Part shown: positions 10,189-19,613 of the stretch, in pieces
Numbering within the stretch: position 1 is the first letter of the stretch
Layout of the letters: every line of letters begins with the position of its first letter
Source of the DNA: a bacterium
GTDB taxonomy: Bacteria > Chlamydiota > Chlamydiia > Chlamydiales > SM23-39
Reading direction: 5' to 3'
Assembly (NCBI GenBank): GCA_021809325.1
Contig: JAKBAE010000001.1
Span: forward strand, 20,397 to 84,396
Length of the DNA: 64,000 nucleotides
Notes under the pieces: generated by a model
Seen by the model: the letters and a program-made list of their open reading frames with translations, nothing else
Databases searched by the model: none
Told to the model about the DNA's origin: nothing
Program-made: the position numbers and the translations under genes

Positions 10189-10701
10189 TTAATCACCGCA
10201 TGCGGAAAGGCCGCAATCATAGTACGTTGAACCAATATTGCCCAAGATAAGAAGACAGACCAGAATGAAGGTAGCAGTTTCAATGCCCGACCATGTAGGG
10301 AGGTACTCTACTTGAGATGCATACCCTTTAATCATCAAAAGGACAGCGCAAGAAAAGATAGAGAGGGTGAAAACAATAAATGCCCACATGTATAGATCGA
10401 ATCCAAAAACAGGTTCGCCGAAAACAGGGAATTGAGGGCAAATATGAAGGAGAATTTGGCGCAAAGATTCTGCTTCTCCTAAAAGGGCGCAAACGATCGC
10501 AAGGCCATAATGCTGCGCTTTAATTCCAAATCGAAGATTCATAAGAAGCGAAATTGAAATTCCCATCATGGAAAGCCTTTGTAAATAGCAAAGCGGGCAA
10601 GGCTCCTCGTGCTTAATGATTTGGTAAGCAAAAGCCGAGGCAAGGACAAAGCATAGAACTAAAATGAATATGATGTTGAAAGTTCTTTGTAGCGTTAACA
10701 T
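10189..10701 (-). CDS. dsbB: disulfide bond formation protein DsbB-like
   Basis: Four predicted TM segments. CPLCYLQR (CxxC) lies after TM1. A second Cys pair sits near the C-terminus (CGLSAC). Confidence 0.7.
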   Translation of the reverse strand: MLTLQRTFNIIFILVLCFVLASAFAYQIIKHEEPCPLCYLQRLSMMGISISLLMNLRFGIKAQHYGLAIVCALLGEAESLRQILLHICPQFPVFGEPVFGFDLYMWAFIVFTLSIFSCAVLLMIKGYASQVEYLPTWSGIETATFILVCLLILGNIGSTYYDCGLSACGD

Positions 10702-10713
10702 TCCGCTCCACTC

Positions 10714-10869
10714 CTATAATCGGATAGGTATGCTACTTGTAGCATGGTACAAAAGCATCAACAAACCTAAAGCTACATTAATGAGCACGATGACGAACGT
10801 GGCAAGACGCTTTCGAAGCAAAATCAAGATTAAGCATGCTAGATAGATAACAAATAGCCCGATCATCAT
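10714..10869 (-). CDS. possible 51-aa two-TM membrane peptide upstream of dsbB
   Basis: My own translation gives MMIGLFVIYLACLILILLRKRLATFVIVLINVALGLLMLLYHATSSIPIRL*. It ends 12 nt before the dsbB ATG. Below the ORF-track size cut-off. Confidence 0.3.
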   Translation of the reverse strand: MMIGLFVIYLACLILILLRKRLATFVIVLINVALGLLMLLYHATSSIPIRL

Positions 10870-11025
10870 ATTTCTTCACAATAAGCTAATTTTCTTTTTT
10901 TTAAAGGAAAATTTTTGGGCGATGCTTTTTTTCAAGGCGAAGTCCGGTAAAAAAAAGTTTTCCATTTAACCGCCCTTGATCTAAAATTTACTGTCTATTT
11001 GTTTTTTTTGGAGGGAGCTCTTGTG

Positions 11026-11790
11026 ATGAAATTTTGGATCTCTGTATTTTTAACAACCTCTGTACTCTTAGCCGATCCGCCTTTGACGCTTTTTAAGATT
11101 GATCCGGCGCTTCGCGGCCCCGAGATCTCGTCAATTGTAACGACGTTCACAGATCCACTGGGAACTTATTATACAAGTCTTTCAGAAGTAGCGGTTCAAA
11201 CGTCGAGCGGGTTTATCACCAGCCCGATCTTTGCCCGCTTTGTGCAGGGAGGCTTTATTCCTTATGTACAAAGCGCAGTTTCCTCGCCAAATGGGACTTT
11301 GTTGACAATTACCTATCTCCCAAGCGGGGCTTCAACCCAAAATCAATACATCATCGTTCCGATTGAAATGATGGCTACGGTGATGTATTCGCCCCGGGCG
11401 ATTTCGCCGCCCGGACCTGTTTCTTTTTATCCGAAAGGGGAGCTGCCTCGCTATGATATGGACCCAGCCTTACGAGCGGCGGACCTCGTTTCGGTATTTA
11501 CCGATTTCACGACAAATCCGGACTTTAAAGACAATTTTAAAGCAGGGCAAAACTCGATTGGGATTTTTACTACGTTAGCGGGGCCTTTCAACCCCCCGAT
11601 TACAAATGGGTTCATCCCGTTTGTTCAGTCGATTACTGCTACAGGCGCTTATCTCACCATCACCTATCTCCCATTTTCACAAAATGGGCGCACCTATAAC
11701 AAGACGACTGCAGTCATTATCGTCACAGCTGAGCAGGTGCGCCAAATGGTGTATTATCCAAACAAGCTCTATTCATCCAGCGGGCTTTGA
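11026..11790 (+). CDS. secreted protein built from two ~125-aa internal repeats
   Basis: ATG at 11026 preceded by GGAGGGAG. MKFWISVFLTTSVLLADP is signal-like. The two halves align: IDPALRGPEISSIVTTFTD..GGFIPYVQSAVSSPNGTLLTITYLP against MDPALRAADLVSVFTDFT..NGFIPFVQSITATGAYLTITYLP. Confidence 0.55.
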   Translation: MKFWISVFLTTSVLLADPPLTLFKIDPALRGPEISSIVTTFTDPLGTYYTSLSEVAVQTSSGFITSPIFARFVQGGFIPYVQSAVSSPNGTLLTITYLPSGASTQNQYIIVPIEMMATVMYSPRAISPPGPVSFYPKGELPRYDMDPALRAADLVSVFTDFTTNPDFKDNFKAGQNSIGIFTTLAGPFNPPITNGFIPFVQSITATGAYLTITYLPFSQNGRTYNKTTAVIIVTAEQVRQMVYYPNKLYSSSGL

Positions 11791-11793
11791 AAA

Positions 11794-12171
11794 ATGAGTG
11801 TACGAGCTTTATCAGACCAGGCGAATTTGAAACAGCATTTGCTTCATCATCAACGCAAAGGGGATGTTATAAAAATAGGCAGCATGAACCAGTTGCGCTC
11901 AATCGTTAAAATTAAGAGGAGCGATGCTGTTGCCTTTGCAATGAGAGGGGAGACTTGTAAATATCCTAAGCTTCCTAAACGAAACTATCTAATCGCTTGT
12001 GTGGATACAGGGTGTGATGTTGAAGTATGGGGTGTTTACACCTATGAACAAATGATAACTCTCAACGGGGGAAATGTTTACTGGGGAGTTTTGGAAATTC
12101 CAATAGAAATCGAGTGTTTTCTAAGCAAAGAAATTAAAGGTCAGTCTAATAATTGTTGTGCCATAGTCTAA
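11794..12171 (+). CDS. hypothetical protein (125 aa)
   Basis: ORF starts 4 nt after the preceding gene. No recognisable motif. Confidence 0.35.
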   Translation: MSVRALSDQANLKQHLLHHQRKGDVIKIGSMNQLRSIVKIKRSDAVAFAMRGETCKYPKLPKRNYLIACVDTGCDVEVWGVYTYEQMITLNGGNVYWGVLEIPIEIECFLSKEIKGQSNNCCAIV

Positions 12172-12902
12172 CCAATTTTGAATTGGGTGCGGATTTGAGC
12201 AGAAGCAATGGCAAATGCGCAGGCGACATTCAGCGAATTTTTTGCTCCGAGAAGAGGGATTTCTAAGAGCGTATCGGCTAAAGCTAAAGAGCTTTTTGAA
12301 ACTCCGACCTCTTCGTTTCCGAGAACAAGGGTAAAAGAGGGGGGGAAGAGGTAGTTGGAAAGAGGGATCGCATCATCGCTTGTATCGAGGACGAGGATCG
12401 GCCGTGGAAGCTCTGAAAGTGGAGTGCCTCTATAGCAAGATACAAGTGTTGCAGCCCCCATTGCCGTCCGAGCGACCTTCTCGTTGTCGACAAAGGGAGT
12501 CTTTTCAGAGAAATGGACTGAGCCGATCCGCAGGGCTTCGCAAGTGCGTAGGATGCTGCCGACGTTATAGGCTGAGCGGATATAGTCGAGGTAGATGGCA
12601 ACCGGAAGATAATCTGTCTTGGGCGTCCGGTCGCCCGTACGAAGGCTTGGCAGCAAATTATGCTCTTTAAGAAAGCGCCCCGCTTTTTCCAAGTGCCAGT
12701 GATAGCGGTTGGCGATCTCTTTTAAATCTTGTTTTTCAAATGGATCCAGATTCATCCAAGATAGGATCTGTTGGTAGCGATCGAAAGAGACCTCTTTTTG
12801 ATTGAGAAGTTTCTCATACGCATCGCGAAGCAGTTGAGCGCATTTTTTGTGCTGCTCCGCATGAGTACTTTTGAGAAACTTTCGCCGGGTTGCCGGAATC
12901 AT
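12168..12902 (-). CDS. SpoU/TrmH-family RNA 2'-O-methyltransferase
   Basis: AYNVGSILRTCEALRIG, LVLGNEEVGVS and IPLLGAKNSLNVACAFAIA correspond to the three SpoU motifs. Confidence 0.8.
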   Translation of the reverse strand: MIPATRRKFLKSTHAEQHKKCAQLLRDAYEKLLNQKEVSFDRYQQILSWMNLDPFEKQDLKEIANRYHWHLEKAGRFLKEHNLLPSLRTGDRTPKTDYLPVAIYLDYIRSAYNVGSILRTCEALRIGSVHFSEKTPFVDNEKVARTAMGAATLVSCYRGTPLSELPRPILVLDTSDDAIPLSNYLFPPSFTLVLGNEEVGVSKSSLALADTLLEIPLLGAKNSLNVACAFAIASAQIRTQFKIG

Positions 12903-14491
12903 TTCTTCACGTTTTTTCTCGTTTCCAGATACTCTTCCAGAGGGCCTTGGTAGATTTGGATCCCCTCTTCTTCGATGGCGATGATCTTGGTTGCAAAGCC
13001 GTTGATCAGATCGCGGTCGTGCGCTGCAACGATCGCCGTCCCTTTAAAATCTTCTAATCCCCAGGCAAGTGCTGAGACCGCTTCGAGATCGAGGTGGTTA
13101 TTGGGCTCGTCGAAAACCAGGAAATTTGGGGATGACAAGAAAAAAGATGCGAGGATGAGACGCGCCGTTTCTCCTCCGGAAAGGGCCCGGATTGGCTTAA
13201 AGGCGTCGTCGCCGGAAAAGAGCATTTTTCCTAAAGCTCCGCGCACATCCTGGTCGTACATCGTCTTGCATCTCTCTTTAAGCCAGTCAAAGGCGCTCAT
13301 CGGGCTTTTCTTGTCGATGATCTCTTCGTGGTTCTGCGGAAAATAGGCAGTCTCGACCTGATGTCCAAAGGCGATTGAACCGCCATCTTGGGCCAGGGCG
13401 CCTGCAAGCATCTTGAGAAGAGTCGTCTTTCCCCGGCCGTTATTTCCAATCACGGCGATCTTGTCCCCTCGATGAATCTCGAGAGAAAAATTCCGGATCA
13501 CCCGGTTGTCCCCATAGGCTTTGTTCAGTGAGTCGATCTTTGCAACCACTTGCCCGGATTGCTTTTCCGGAGCTGAAAAGCGGATGTACGGCCTTTGGAT
13601 GTTCGATTTTTTTAGATCGAGGGGCTGCAGGCGCTGGATTTCCCGGACTCGGGATTGCACCTGGCTAGCGCGCGTTCCTGCGCCGAATTTAGCGACGAAT
13701 TCTTTGAGCTGCGAAATCTTTTTTTCTTTTGCCTTATTTTCATCTTCCGCACGCGATCGGACAGCCGTTTTGGTAACCAGCATTGCATCGTAGTTGCCGG
13801 GATAAATGATGACCGTTTCATAGTCGATGTCGGCGATGTGGGTGGTGATCGCATTTAAGAAATGGCGGTCGTGGCTGACGACGACCAGCGTGCCTGTATA
13901 GTTGCGCAAAAACCCTTCGAGCCAGGAGATCGATTCGAGGTCGAGGTGGTTGGTCGGCTCATCGAGAAGAAGCGCTTGCGGATGGCCAAAGAGCGCTTGG
14001 CAGAGCATGACGCGGAATTGGCGGTCGGTTGGGATCTCCGACATCTTTTTCGTATGGAGATCTTCAGGCAGCCCCATGCCGGTAAGGAGCACTGCTGCAT
14101 CGGACTCGGCGCTATAGCCGTCTTCTTCGGCGATTACCTCTTCCAGCTCGCCGAGGCGCATGCCGATCTCATCGGTCATCTCTTGCTCATAGAGCCGGTT
14201 TTGCTCTTGCATCGCATTCCAAAGCCGGTTGTTTCCCATCACAACGGTATCGAGGACGCTGTAGTTTGCAAATTCCTCGATCTGCTGCTTGAGAAAACCC
14301 ACCTTTCGCGGAAGGGCTACGGTTCCCGATGTGGAAGGCTCCACCCCCATGACGATTTTGAGCAGGGTCGATTTGCCCGAGCCGTTTGGGCCGGTCAGAC
14401 CGTAGCGGCATCCTTCATTAAATGTGACGGTAACGTCTTCGAAAAGAGTGCGTCCTCCGACGCGTTTGGTAATCGCTTGTAAAGTAATCAT
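12899..14491 (-). CDS. ABC-F family ATPase, YbiT-like (two nucleotide-binding domains (NBDs), no TM domain)
   Basis: Walker A motifs GPNGSGKST and GNNGRGKTT. Second signature LSGGETAR. LLLDEPTNHLD and VFDEPNNHLD. 530 aa. The NBD1 signature is replaced by IPTDRQFR, as I recall for E. coli YbiT (APGWKLR). Confidence 0.9.
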   Translation of the reverse strand: MITLQAITKRVGGRTLFEDVTVTFNEGCRYGLTGPNGSGKSTLLKIVMGVEPSTSGTVALPRKVGFLKQQIEEFANYSVLDTVVMGNNRLWNAMQEQNRLYEQEMTDEIGMRLGELEEVIAEEDGYSAESDAAVLLTGMGLPEDLHTKKMSEIPTDRQFRVMLCQALFGHPQALLLDEPTNHLDLESISWLEGFLRNYTGTLVVVSHDRHFLNAITTHIADIDYETVIIYPGNYDAMLVTKTAVRSRAEDENKAKEKKISQLKEFVAKFGAGTRASQVQSRVREIQRLQPLDLKKSNIQRPYIRFSAPEKQSGQVVAKIDSLNKAYGDNRVIRNFSLEIHRGDKIAVIGNNGRGKTTLLKMLAGALAQDGGSIAFGHQVETAYFPQNHEEIIDKKSPMSAFDWLKERCKTMYDQDVRGALGKMLFSGDDAFKPIRALSGGETARLILASFFLSSPNFLVFDEPNNHLDLEAVSALAWGLEDFKGTAIVAAHDRDLINGFATKIIAIEEEGIQIYQGPLEEYLETRKNVKK

Positions 14492-14552
14492 TGAAAATGT
14501 GTTCCTTGCTGTTGCATTTTATCAAAAATGCGCTCTTAATTAAAAGGAAATT

Positions 14553-15479
14553 ATGCACTTTGAAGAAGCGAAAATCCGGTTTTTGAAGCATTTGCGGCTA
14601 GTCAAGGGGGCCTCCGACCATACGCTTCGCGCTTATGCGCAGGATTTCGATGGATTTGCCTCCTTTGTCCAAGAAGAAGGGCAAGAATTTTTCCTTGCCT
14701 CGGTCACGAAACGAAGTGTTCGGCGCTATCTTGCCCATCTACATGCAAAAGGGGCGGGCGTGAAGACAATCCAAAGAAGGCTCTCTGCTTTGCGAAGCCT
14801 CTTTCGGTTTGCGATCCAAGAAAAGCTTATAGAAGAGAGCCCTCTCGATGAAATCGAGAGTCCGAAAAAAGTGCGAAAGCTTCCTGTGAGCATCGGCTAT
14901 TCCCAAGTCGAGCAGCTCTTTGCCCAGCCTGATACGAGCTCCTATCTTGGGCTGAGGGACCGAGCGATCATGGAGCTTCTTTACAGCTCGGGGCTTCGCT
15001 TAAGCGAGATCGTAGGATTGAACCGTCTCGATTTTGACGAGAGGAACTTGACTCTTTCCATTTTCGGCAAGGGGAAGAAGGAAAGAAGCGCCCCCATCAC
15101 GCAAACCGCGGCGGGTTGGATCACGAAATATCTTTACAGCCCGGAGCGTGGCCTTGAGACAAAAGAGCATAAACCCGAAGTCGATAACAAAGCGATCTTT
15201 CTAAATCGATGGGGAAAGCGCCTCACATCCCGTTCGGTCGACCGGAATTTTGCCGCCTACTTGAAGGCAAGCGGCCTGTCTGAGCGGATCACCCCACATA
15301 CCATCCGCCATACCATTGCGACGCATTGGCTCGAAAACGGAATGGACCTCAAAACAATCCAACTCCTCCTTGGCCATGCAACGCTTGCTACCACAACAAT
15401 CTATACGCACGTTTCTACTAAACTCAAACGGGATGTTTATGACCGGACGCATCCCCGAGCTAATACCAAAGGACACTAA
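14553..15479 (+). CDS. tyrosine site-specific recombinase XerC/XerD family
   Basis: N-terminal SAM-like domain (SDHTLRAYAQDF). Catalytic residues in context: RLSE, HTIRHTIATH, LLGHATLATTTIYTH. Confidence 0.9.
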   Translation: MHFEEAKIRFLKHLRLVKGASDHTLRAYAQDFDGFASFVQEEGQEFFLASVTKRSVRRYLAHLHAKGAGVKTIQRRLSALRSLFRFAIQEKLIEESPLDEIESPKKVRKLPVSIGYSQVEQLFAQPDTSSYLGLRDRAIMELLYSSGLRLSEIVGLNRLDFDERNLTLSIFGKGKKERSAPITQTAAGWITKYLYSPERGLETKEHKPEVDNKAIFLNRWGKRLTSRSVDRNFAAYLKASGLSERITPHTIRHTIATHWLENGMDLKTIQLLLGHATLATTTIYTHVSTKLKRDVYDRTHPRANTKGH

Positions 15480-15576
15480 CATAGGACTACCTTTATTTAA
15501 GGTAATATTACCTAATATTGCGGTAGATGTTAAGGGGCTTGAATAGTTTCTGCTAATCCGTTATGGAAATACGGGA

Positions 15577-16647
15577 ATGCGGTTAAAACTTGTCCTTGCA
15601 TCTTTGGCCTGCTGCTCTACTCTTCACTCCGAAGAGCCATGCGGAGTTGTGGAGCCAAAGTGCAGCTGCTTTGCTAGAAGCGCTCCGAATGCGAAGGGAT
15701 GCGCATTTCAATTTGAGTTTCTCTGGTGGCGCTCTGAAAACCACGGCTTCAGCACAGCCTTGAGCGAGAGCAGCGGAGGGAAATATTCCGCCGTCGACGG
15801 AGGCAATAGCATCGGGTCGATCGTCCGGGTTACGCCCGATTGGGATCCCGGATGGCGTCTTGGCATTGGCTGGAACAGCGATTACGACCGTTGGGATCTC
15901 TTCGTCAACTGGACTTGGTATCAGAATCATGCAAAATCGACGAATATCCGGAGCGATATCCCGCTTGGGTTGAGTAAAGATGGCTATTATCCCCAGTGGC
16001 CGGTTGCTGACTTTACGAACTTTGGGCCCTATCGCATTGCTTACGGGAGCTGGAAGATGTTCTTCAACGCGATTGACCTCGAGCTAGGGCGCGCCTATTT
16101 TGCGACGCCCTCTCTTTCCTTCCGCCCGCTTTTCTCTCTTCGCACTGCTTGGATTAACCAGAAGTTCATCAGCAATTTTTCCGGGCCTCTGCAACTGACG
16201 ACCCCTTTGCAACAAGGATTTTTTGCAAAAAACAATTGGTGGGGAATCGGCCCCAGGCTTGGTGTGGAGAGCGATTGGCAGATCGGCCTTGGGATCTATC
16301 TTCTTGGAAAAGCTTCCGCTTCGCTTCTCTATGGAAAAACAAGCGTTTGGACCACTTCGGATTCACTTGACTTAGGCTCGTCAGAGTTTGCTCTCGACCG
16401 CCGTTTCGTAGACGCCTTTTATGCGCTTGTTCCCAACTTGCAGCTCTTTGTCGGTCTTGGGTGGAAGCGCTTTTTAGATTGCGGCAAGGTAGCTTTGAGC
16501 GTGGATGCAGGATGGGAAGCCAACTGTTGGTGGAACCAGTTCAACTTGCCGGTCGCTTTGCGAACCTTTGCTGCGCCTCTGCCAACGGTTGGCAATCAGC
16601 CTGTAACGATGGAAGGTCTTACCTTCGATTTTCATGTAGATTTCTAA
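15577..16647 (+). CDS. outer-membrane beta-barrel protein / putative porin
   Basis: Signal peptide MRLKLVLASLACCSTLHS. Alternating aromatic-rich strands. Terminal ...GLTFDFHVDF, the C-terminal Phe typical of an outer-membrane protein (OMP). Resembles the Legionella-type MOMP family by eye only. Confidence 0.6.
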   Translation: MRLKLVLASLACCSTLHSEEPCGVVEPKCSCFARSAPNAKGCAFQFEFLWWRSENHGFSTALSESSGGKYSAVDGGNSIGSIVRVTPDWDPGWRLGIGWNSDYDRWDLFVNWTWYQNHAKSTNIRSDIPLGLSKDGYYPQWPVADFTNFGPYRIAYGSWKMFFNAIDLELGRAYFATPSLSFRPLFSLRTAWINQKFISNFSGPLQLTTPLQQGFFAKNNWWGIGPRLGVESDWQIGLGIYLLGKASASLLYGKTSVWTTSDSLDLGSSEFALDRRFVDAFYALVPNLQLFVGLGWKRFLDCGKVALSVDAGWEANCWWNQFNLPVALRTFAAPLPTVGNQPVTMEGLTFDFHVDF

Positions 16648-16654
16648 AAAAGAT

Positions 16655-17000
16655 CGGGGAGCTGTAAGCCGGATTTTGTTTCCGCTTTCGCGGATGACTA
16701 TCATTCCTCTGGGAGATCCGTCGCCGGATCCCTCAGGCGGCCTGCTAGAGCCTAGCGGGAGATGCTCAAACGGCTCGATTCGGCCTTGCTTCGGATAGGG
16801 TTTCCAGCGCCCCGGGTTCCCCCGGGTGCGATCGGCCCACTAGACCGATGTTTTCAGGCTTCCCGGCTTTTGGCCGACGCTGTGTTTTCTGTTAGACTTT
16901 CCGTAGCTCCCACATGTGAGAGCTCCCAGCCGTTAGCTGGTATCCTCTCCTCTGAAGTCCGGACTTTCCTCTGCTATTTGCAGCGATAGTCCACTCCCCG
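16655..17000 (-). ncRNA. rnpB: RNase P RNA (bacterial type A)
   Basis: The minus strand contains GAGGAAAGTCCGGACTTC (universal P4 5' strand) and ACAAAATCCGGCTTACAG (P4 3' strand). A terminal P1 pairing forms between CGGGGAG... (5') and ...CTCCCCG (3'). The ~346-nt length fits. The ends are approximate. Confidence 0.85.
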
Positions 17001-17007
17001 ACAAAAC

Positions 17008-17775
17008 TTATACACCTGCTAGGCGGCGGCGGCGGCGCTTCGGCCCGCCTGCACCTTCTCCTGCCTCTTCGCCTGCTTGCCAATAGTGGATGCGCGAGCA
17101 GTGTTCGCAGAAGATTAGTTTTTCGCCTTTTCGCACCACGTTTTCGTGCTGCGCCGTCAACGCGATGTGGCATCCGCTGCAAGTTCTGTTTTCGAGCGGG
17201 ACGACAACGCGGTCTTTCTTATTTCTCAGCAGACGTTCATAAATACGCAATACTTCGGGATCGGCCGTCTTTGCCAGCTCGTCGCGGCCCGCTTTCACTT
17301 CCTGCCCTTCTTGGTTGATCGCGCGGATGCTCGCTGCAATCTCCAATTCGAGATTTCGGCTGCTCTCCTCCGACTCGGTCAAGCTTTGCTTGATCTTCTC
17401 GAGAATCTCTTCTTCCAAGTTGCGCTTGTCGATCAAATCGCTCGTAATGTTTTCGGTTGCGATCCTTTCTCTTTCGCTCTGCGTTGTCTCTTGCGTCAGC
17501 GCATTGAACTCGTCGACTTTCTTGACCGAGTTCGAGCGCGCTTCCAGCTTCTTGATTTTTTCTTGGATTTCCTGGATCTTTGCTTCTTGCGCTGCAATCG
17601 TCCGGTTCAGCTCGGAGATTTCCTCCTCCTTTTCGACCTGCTGCTTGCGCAGCTCCTGGCGCAGCCCCTCGATATGCTGAAGCTCTTTGAGCCTCTCCAG
17701 TTTTAGCCGCATGAGGCGGATCATTTTCATATCGAATTCTTGGATTTCTAGAACAACTTTAAGTTCCTGCAACAT
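17008..17775 (-). CDS. coiled-coil / C4 zinc-ribbon protein, DUF164 (HP0958 / chlamydial CT398-CdsZ-like)
   Basis: About 190 aa of heptad-rich coiled coil followed by CSGCHIALT...FCEHCSRI (CxxC...CxxC), then a basic tail. Confidence 0.75.
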   Translation of the reverse strand: MLQELKVVLEIQEFDMKMIRLMRLKLERLKELQHIEGLRQELRKQQVEKEEEISELNRTIAAQEAKIQEIQEKIKKLEARSNSVKKVDEFNALTQETTQSERERIATENITSDLIDKRNLEEEILEKIKQSLTESEESSRNLELEIAASIRAINQEGQEVKAGRDELAKTADPEVLRIYERLLRNKKDRVVVPLENRTCSGCHIALTAQHENVVRKGEKLIFCEHCSRIHYWQAGEEAGEGAGGPKRRRRRLAGV

Positions 17776-17870
17776 GGGAATACACCTGAAGTAAAAAGAC
17801 CTGCAAGTACTTTAGCTCATGAGCGAGTAAGGCGCAAGTTTCAAATATTGTTTACGAATGCGGTGTTCAT

Positions 17871-17997
17871 TTAAAGGCTCCGCCCTTAGACCGGCCAAAG
17901 GGACAAGTCCCTCTGGACTCCCTTTTGCCTTCGCAAAAAAACAATGGGGTTCCAAGGGGACATGTCCCCTTGGCCAGTCTAAGGGCGGAGCCCTTAA
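17871..17997. repeat. 127-bp palindromic element (two ~41-nt arms, 37/41 matching)
   Basis: Left arm TTAAAGGCTCCGCCCTTAGACCGGCCAAAGGGACAAGTCCC. The reverse complement of the right arm is TTAAGGGCTCCGCCCTTAGACTGGCCAAGGGGACATGTCCCC. Each arm also contains the sub-palindrome GGGACA(A/T)GTCCC. Confidence 0.75.
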
Positions 17998-18054
17998 AAG
18001 TTGCATTGGTTTGCGATTCCTAGTATCTTGGGCTCTTTAATCAGGAGGAGGGGG

Positions 18055-19578
18055 ATGGCGGTGATGGAAAAGCAGATGAGAGCAGGGCGTTCCTCGTATT
18101 TAAAAAACTATTTTACGCGTGTGCCGGAAGAGAAGCAAACGGCTGAGGCGATTGCTTATATGGCGTCGCTCGATGCGGTAGGGGCGTCGTTTCCGGAGAT
18201 TGCCGAGAGCGTTGTCAAGGAGCTGAGGGATCAGAGGTCCCATTTGAAGCTGATTGCATCGGAGAATTTTTCTTCTTTGCCTGTGCAGCTGGCGATGGGA
18301 AATTTGCTGACCGATAAGTATAGCGAGGGGTTTGTGAACCACCGCTTTTATGCCGGCTGCGAGAATGTCGATACGGTAGAGGGTTTGGCTGTCGAGTATG
18401 CAAAGCGCGTTTTTGGCGCTGATCATGCCTATGTGCAGCCCCATTCCGGAGCCGATGCGAACCTCGTCGCTTTTTGGGCGGTTTTGGTGCAAAAGGTGCA
18501 GACGAGAGAGGTGGAAGCTCTTGGAAAAAAGAGCGTAGACGAGCTGAGCCCGGAGGAATATGAGCGGGTTAGAAAGATTCTCCTTAGCCAGAAGATGATG
18601 GGGCTATCCCTTTCTTCGGGCGGCCATTTGACCCATGGCTTCCGCCACAATATTTCGTCTAAGATCATGCAGGCCGTCTCTTACGACGTTGATCCAAAGA
18701 CGGGGTTGATCGACTATGCGAATCTGCAGAGCCAAGTGAAGAGGGAAAAGCCGCTCCTTTTGATTGCCGGGTATTCGGCTTATCCGAGGCTCATCGATTT
18801 TGCCAAGATGCGCGAGATCGCCGACTCGGTTGGCGCCGTACTAATGGTCGATATGGCCCACTTTGCGGGCCTTGTCGCAGGAGGGGCGCTGACGGGGGAT
18901 TTCAATCCGGTGCCATTTGCCGATATCCTCACCTCGACGACGCACAAAACCCTTAGAGGCCCAAGAGGCGGGCTGGTGCTTTGCAAGGAAGAATTTCGCG
19001 AAGTGGTCGACAAAGGCTGTCCAATTGTATTGGGAGGGCCCTTACCCCATGTGATGGCGGCCAAGGCGATTGCGTTTAAGGAGGCGGCAGAGCCTGCGTT
19101 TCGGGTGTATGCGCACCAGATCATTGAGAATGCGAAGGCGCTGGCCGAGGCGTTGATCGCGAACGGCGCTCGCGTTTTGACCGGCGGCACCGACAACCAT
19201 CTGCTGATCCTCGATGTGATGGAGAGCTTTTCTTTGACAGGGAGGCAGGCGGAGACGGTGCTCAGGGAGGCGCGGCTCACCTCGAACCGCAACGCCATCC
19301 CGGAAGATGTCAACGGGTTTTGGTATACCTCGGGTGTGCGCCTCGGGACGCCTGCGACGACGACCTTGGGGATGAAGCAGGGAGAAATGAAGGAGATCGC
19401 CTCGATCATGGTCGATCTGCTCAAAGCCGCCAAGCCGGAGATCGTAGCAAAAACGGGAGCCCCGTCCAGGGCAAAGGCGTTTGTTGAGCCTGCGGCTCTT
19501 GAGGCTGCGCGGGAGAGGGTAGGGGATCTTCTCAAAGCTTTTCCGCTCTACCCCGAACTCTTTATCGACGAAAATTGA
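18055..19578 (+). CDS. glyA: serine hydroxymethyltransferase
   Basis: Start at ATG 18055 after AGGAGGAGGGGG. LIASENF, HRFYAGCE and TSTTHKTLRGPRGG (PLP-binding lysine). Confidence 0.95.
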   Translation: MAVMEKQMRAGRSSYLKNYFTRVPEEKQTAEAIAYMASLDAVGASFPEIAESVVKELRDQRSHLKLIASENFSSLPVQLAMGNLLTDKYSEGFVNHRFYAGCENVDTVEGLAVEYAKRVFGADHAYVQPHSGADANLVAFWAVLVQKVQTREVEALGKKSVDELSPEEYERVRKILLSQKMMGLSLSSGGHLTHGFRHNISSKIMQAVSYDVDPKTGLIDYANLQSQVKREKPLLLIAGYSAYPRLIDFAKMREIADSVGAVLMVDMAHFAGLVAGGALTGDFNPVPFADILTSTTHKTLRGPRGGLVLCKEEFREVVDKGCPIVLGGPLPHVMAAKAIAFKEAAEPAFRVYAHQIIENAKALAEALIANGARVLTGGTDNHLLILDVMESFSLTGRQAETVLREARLTSNRNAIPEDVNGFWYTSGVRLGTPATTTLGMKQGEMKEIASIMVDLLKAAKPEIVAKTGAPSRAKAFVEPAALEAARERVGDLLKAFPLYPELFIDEN

Positions 19579-19613
19579 TCCGGCTGGGACAATGAAAGAG
19601 AAGGAGAATTGCC

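Noticed and set aside
15583..15930. 115-aa minus-strand ORF
   Set aside because: It is antisense to the 5' part of the porin-like gene and has no supporting signals.
17812..18040. Two mirror-image small ORFs (64 aa minus strand, 60 aa plus strand)
   Set aside because: They are produced by translating the two strands of the 127-bp palindromic element. There are no start-site signals, and the symmetry explains both.
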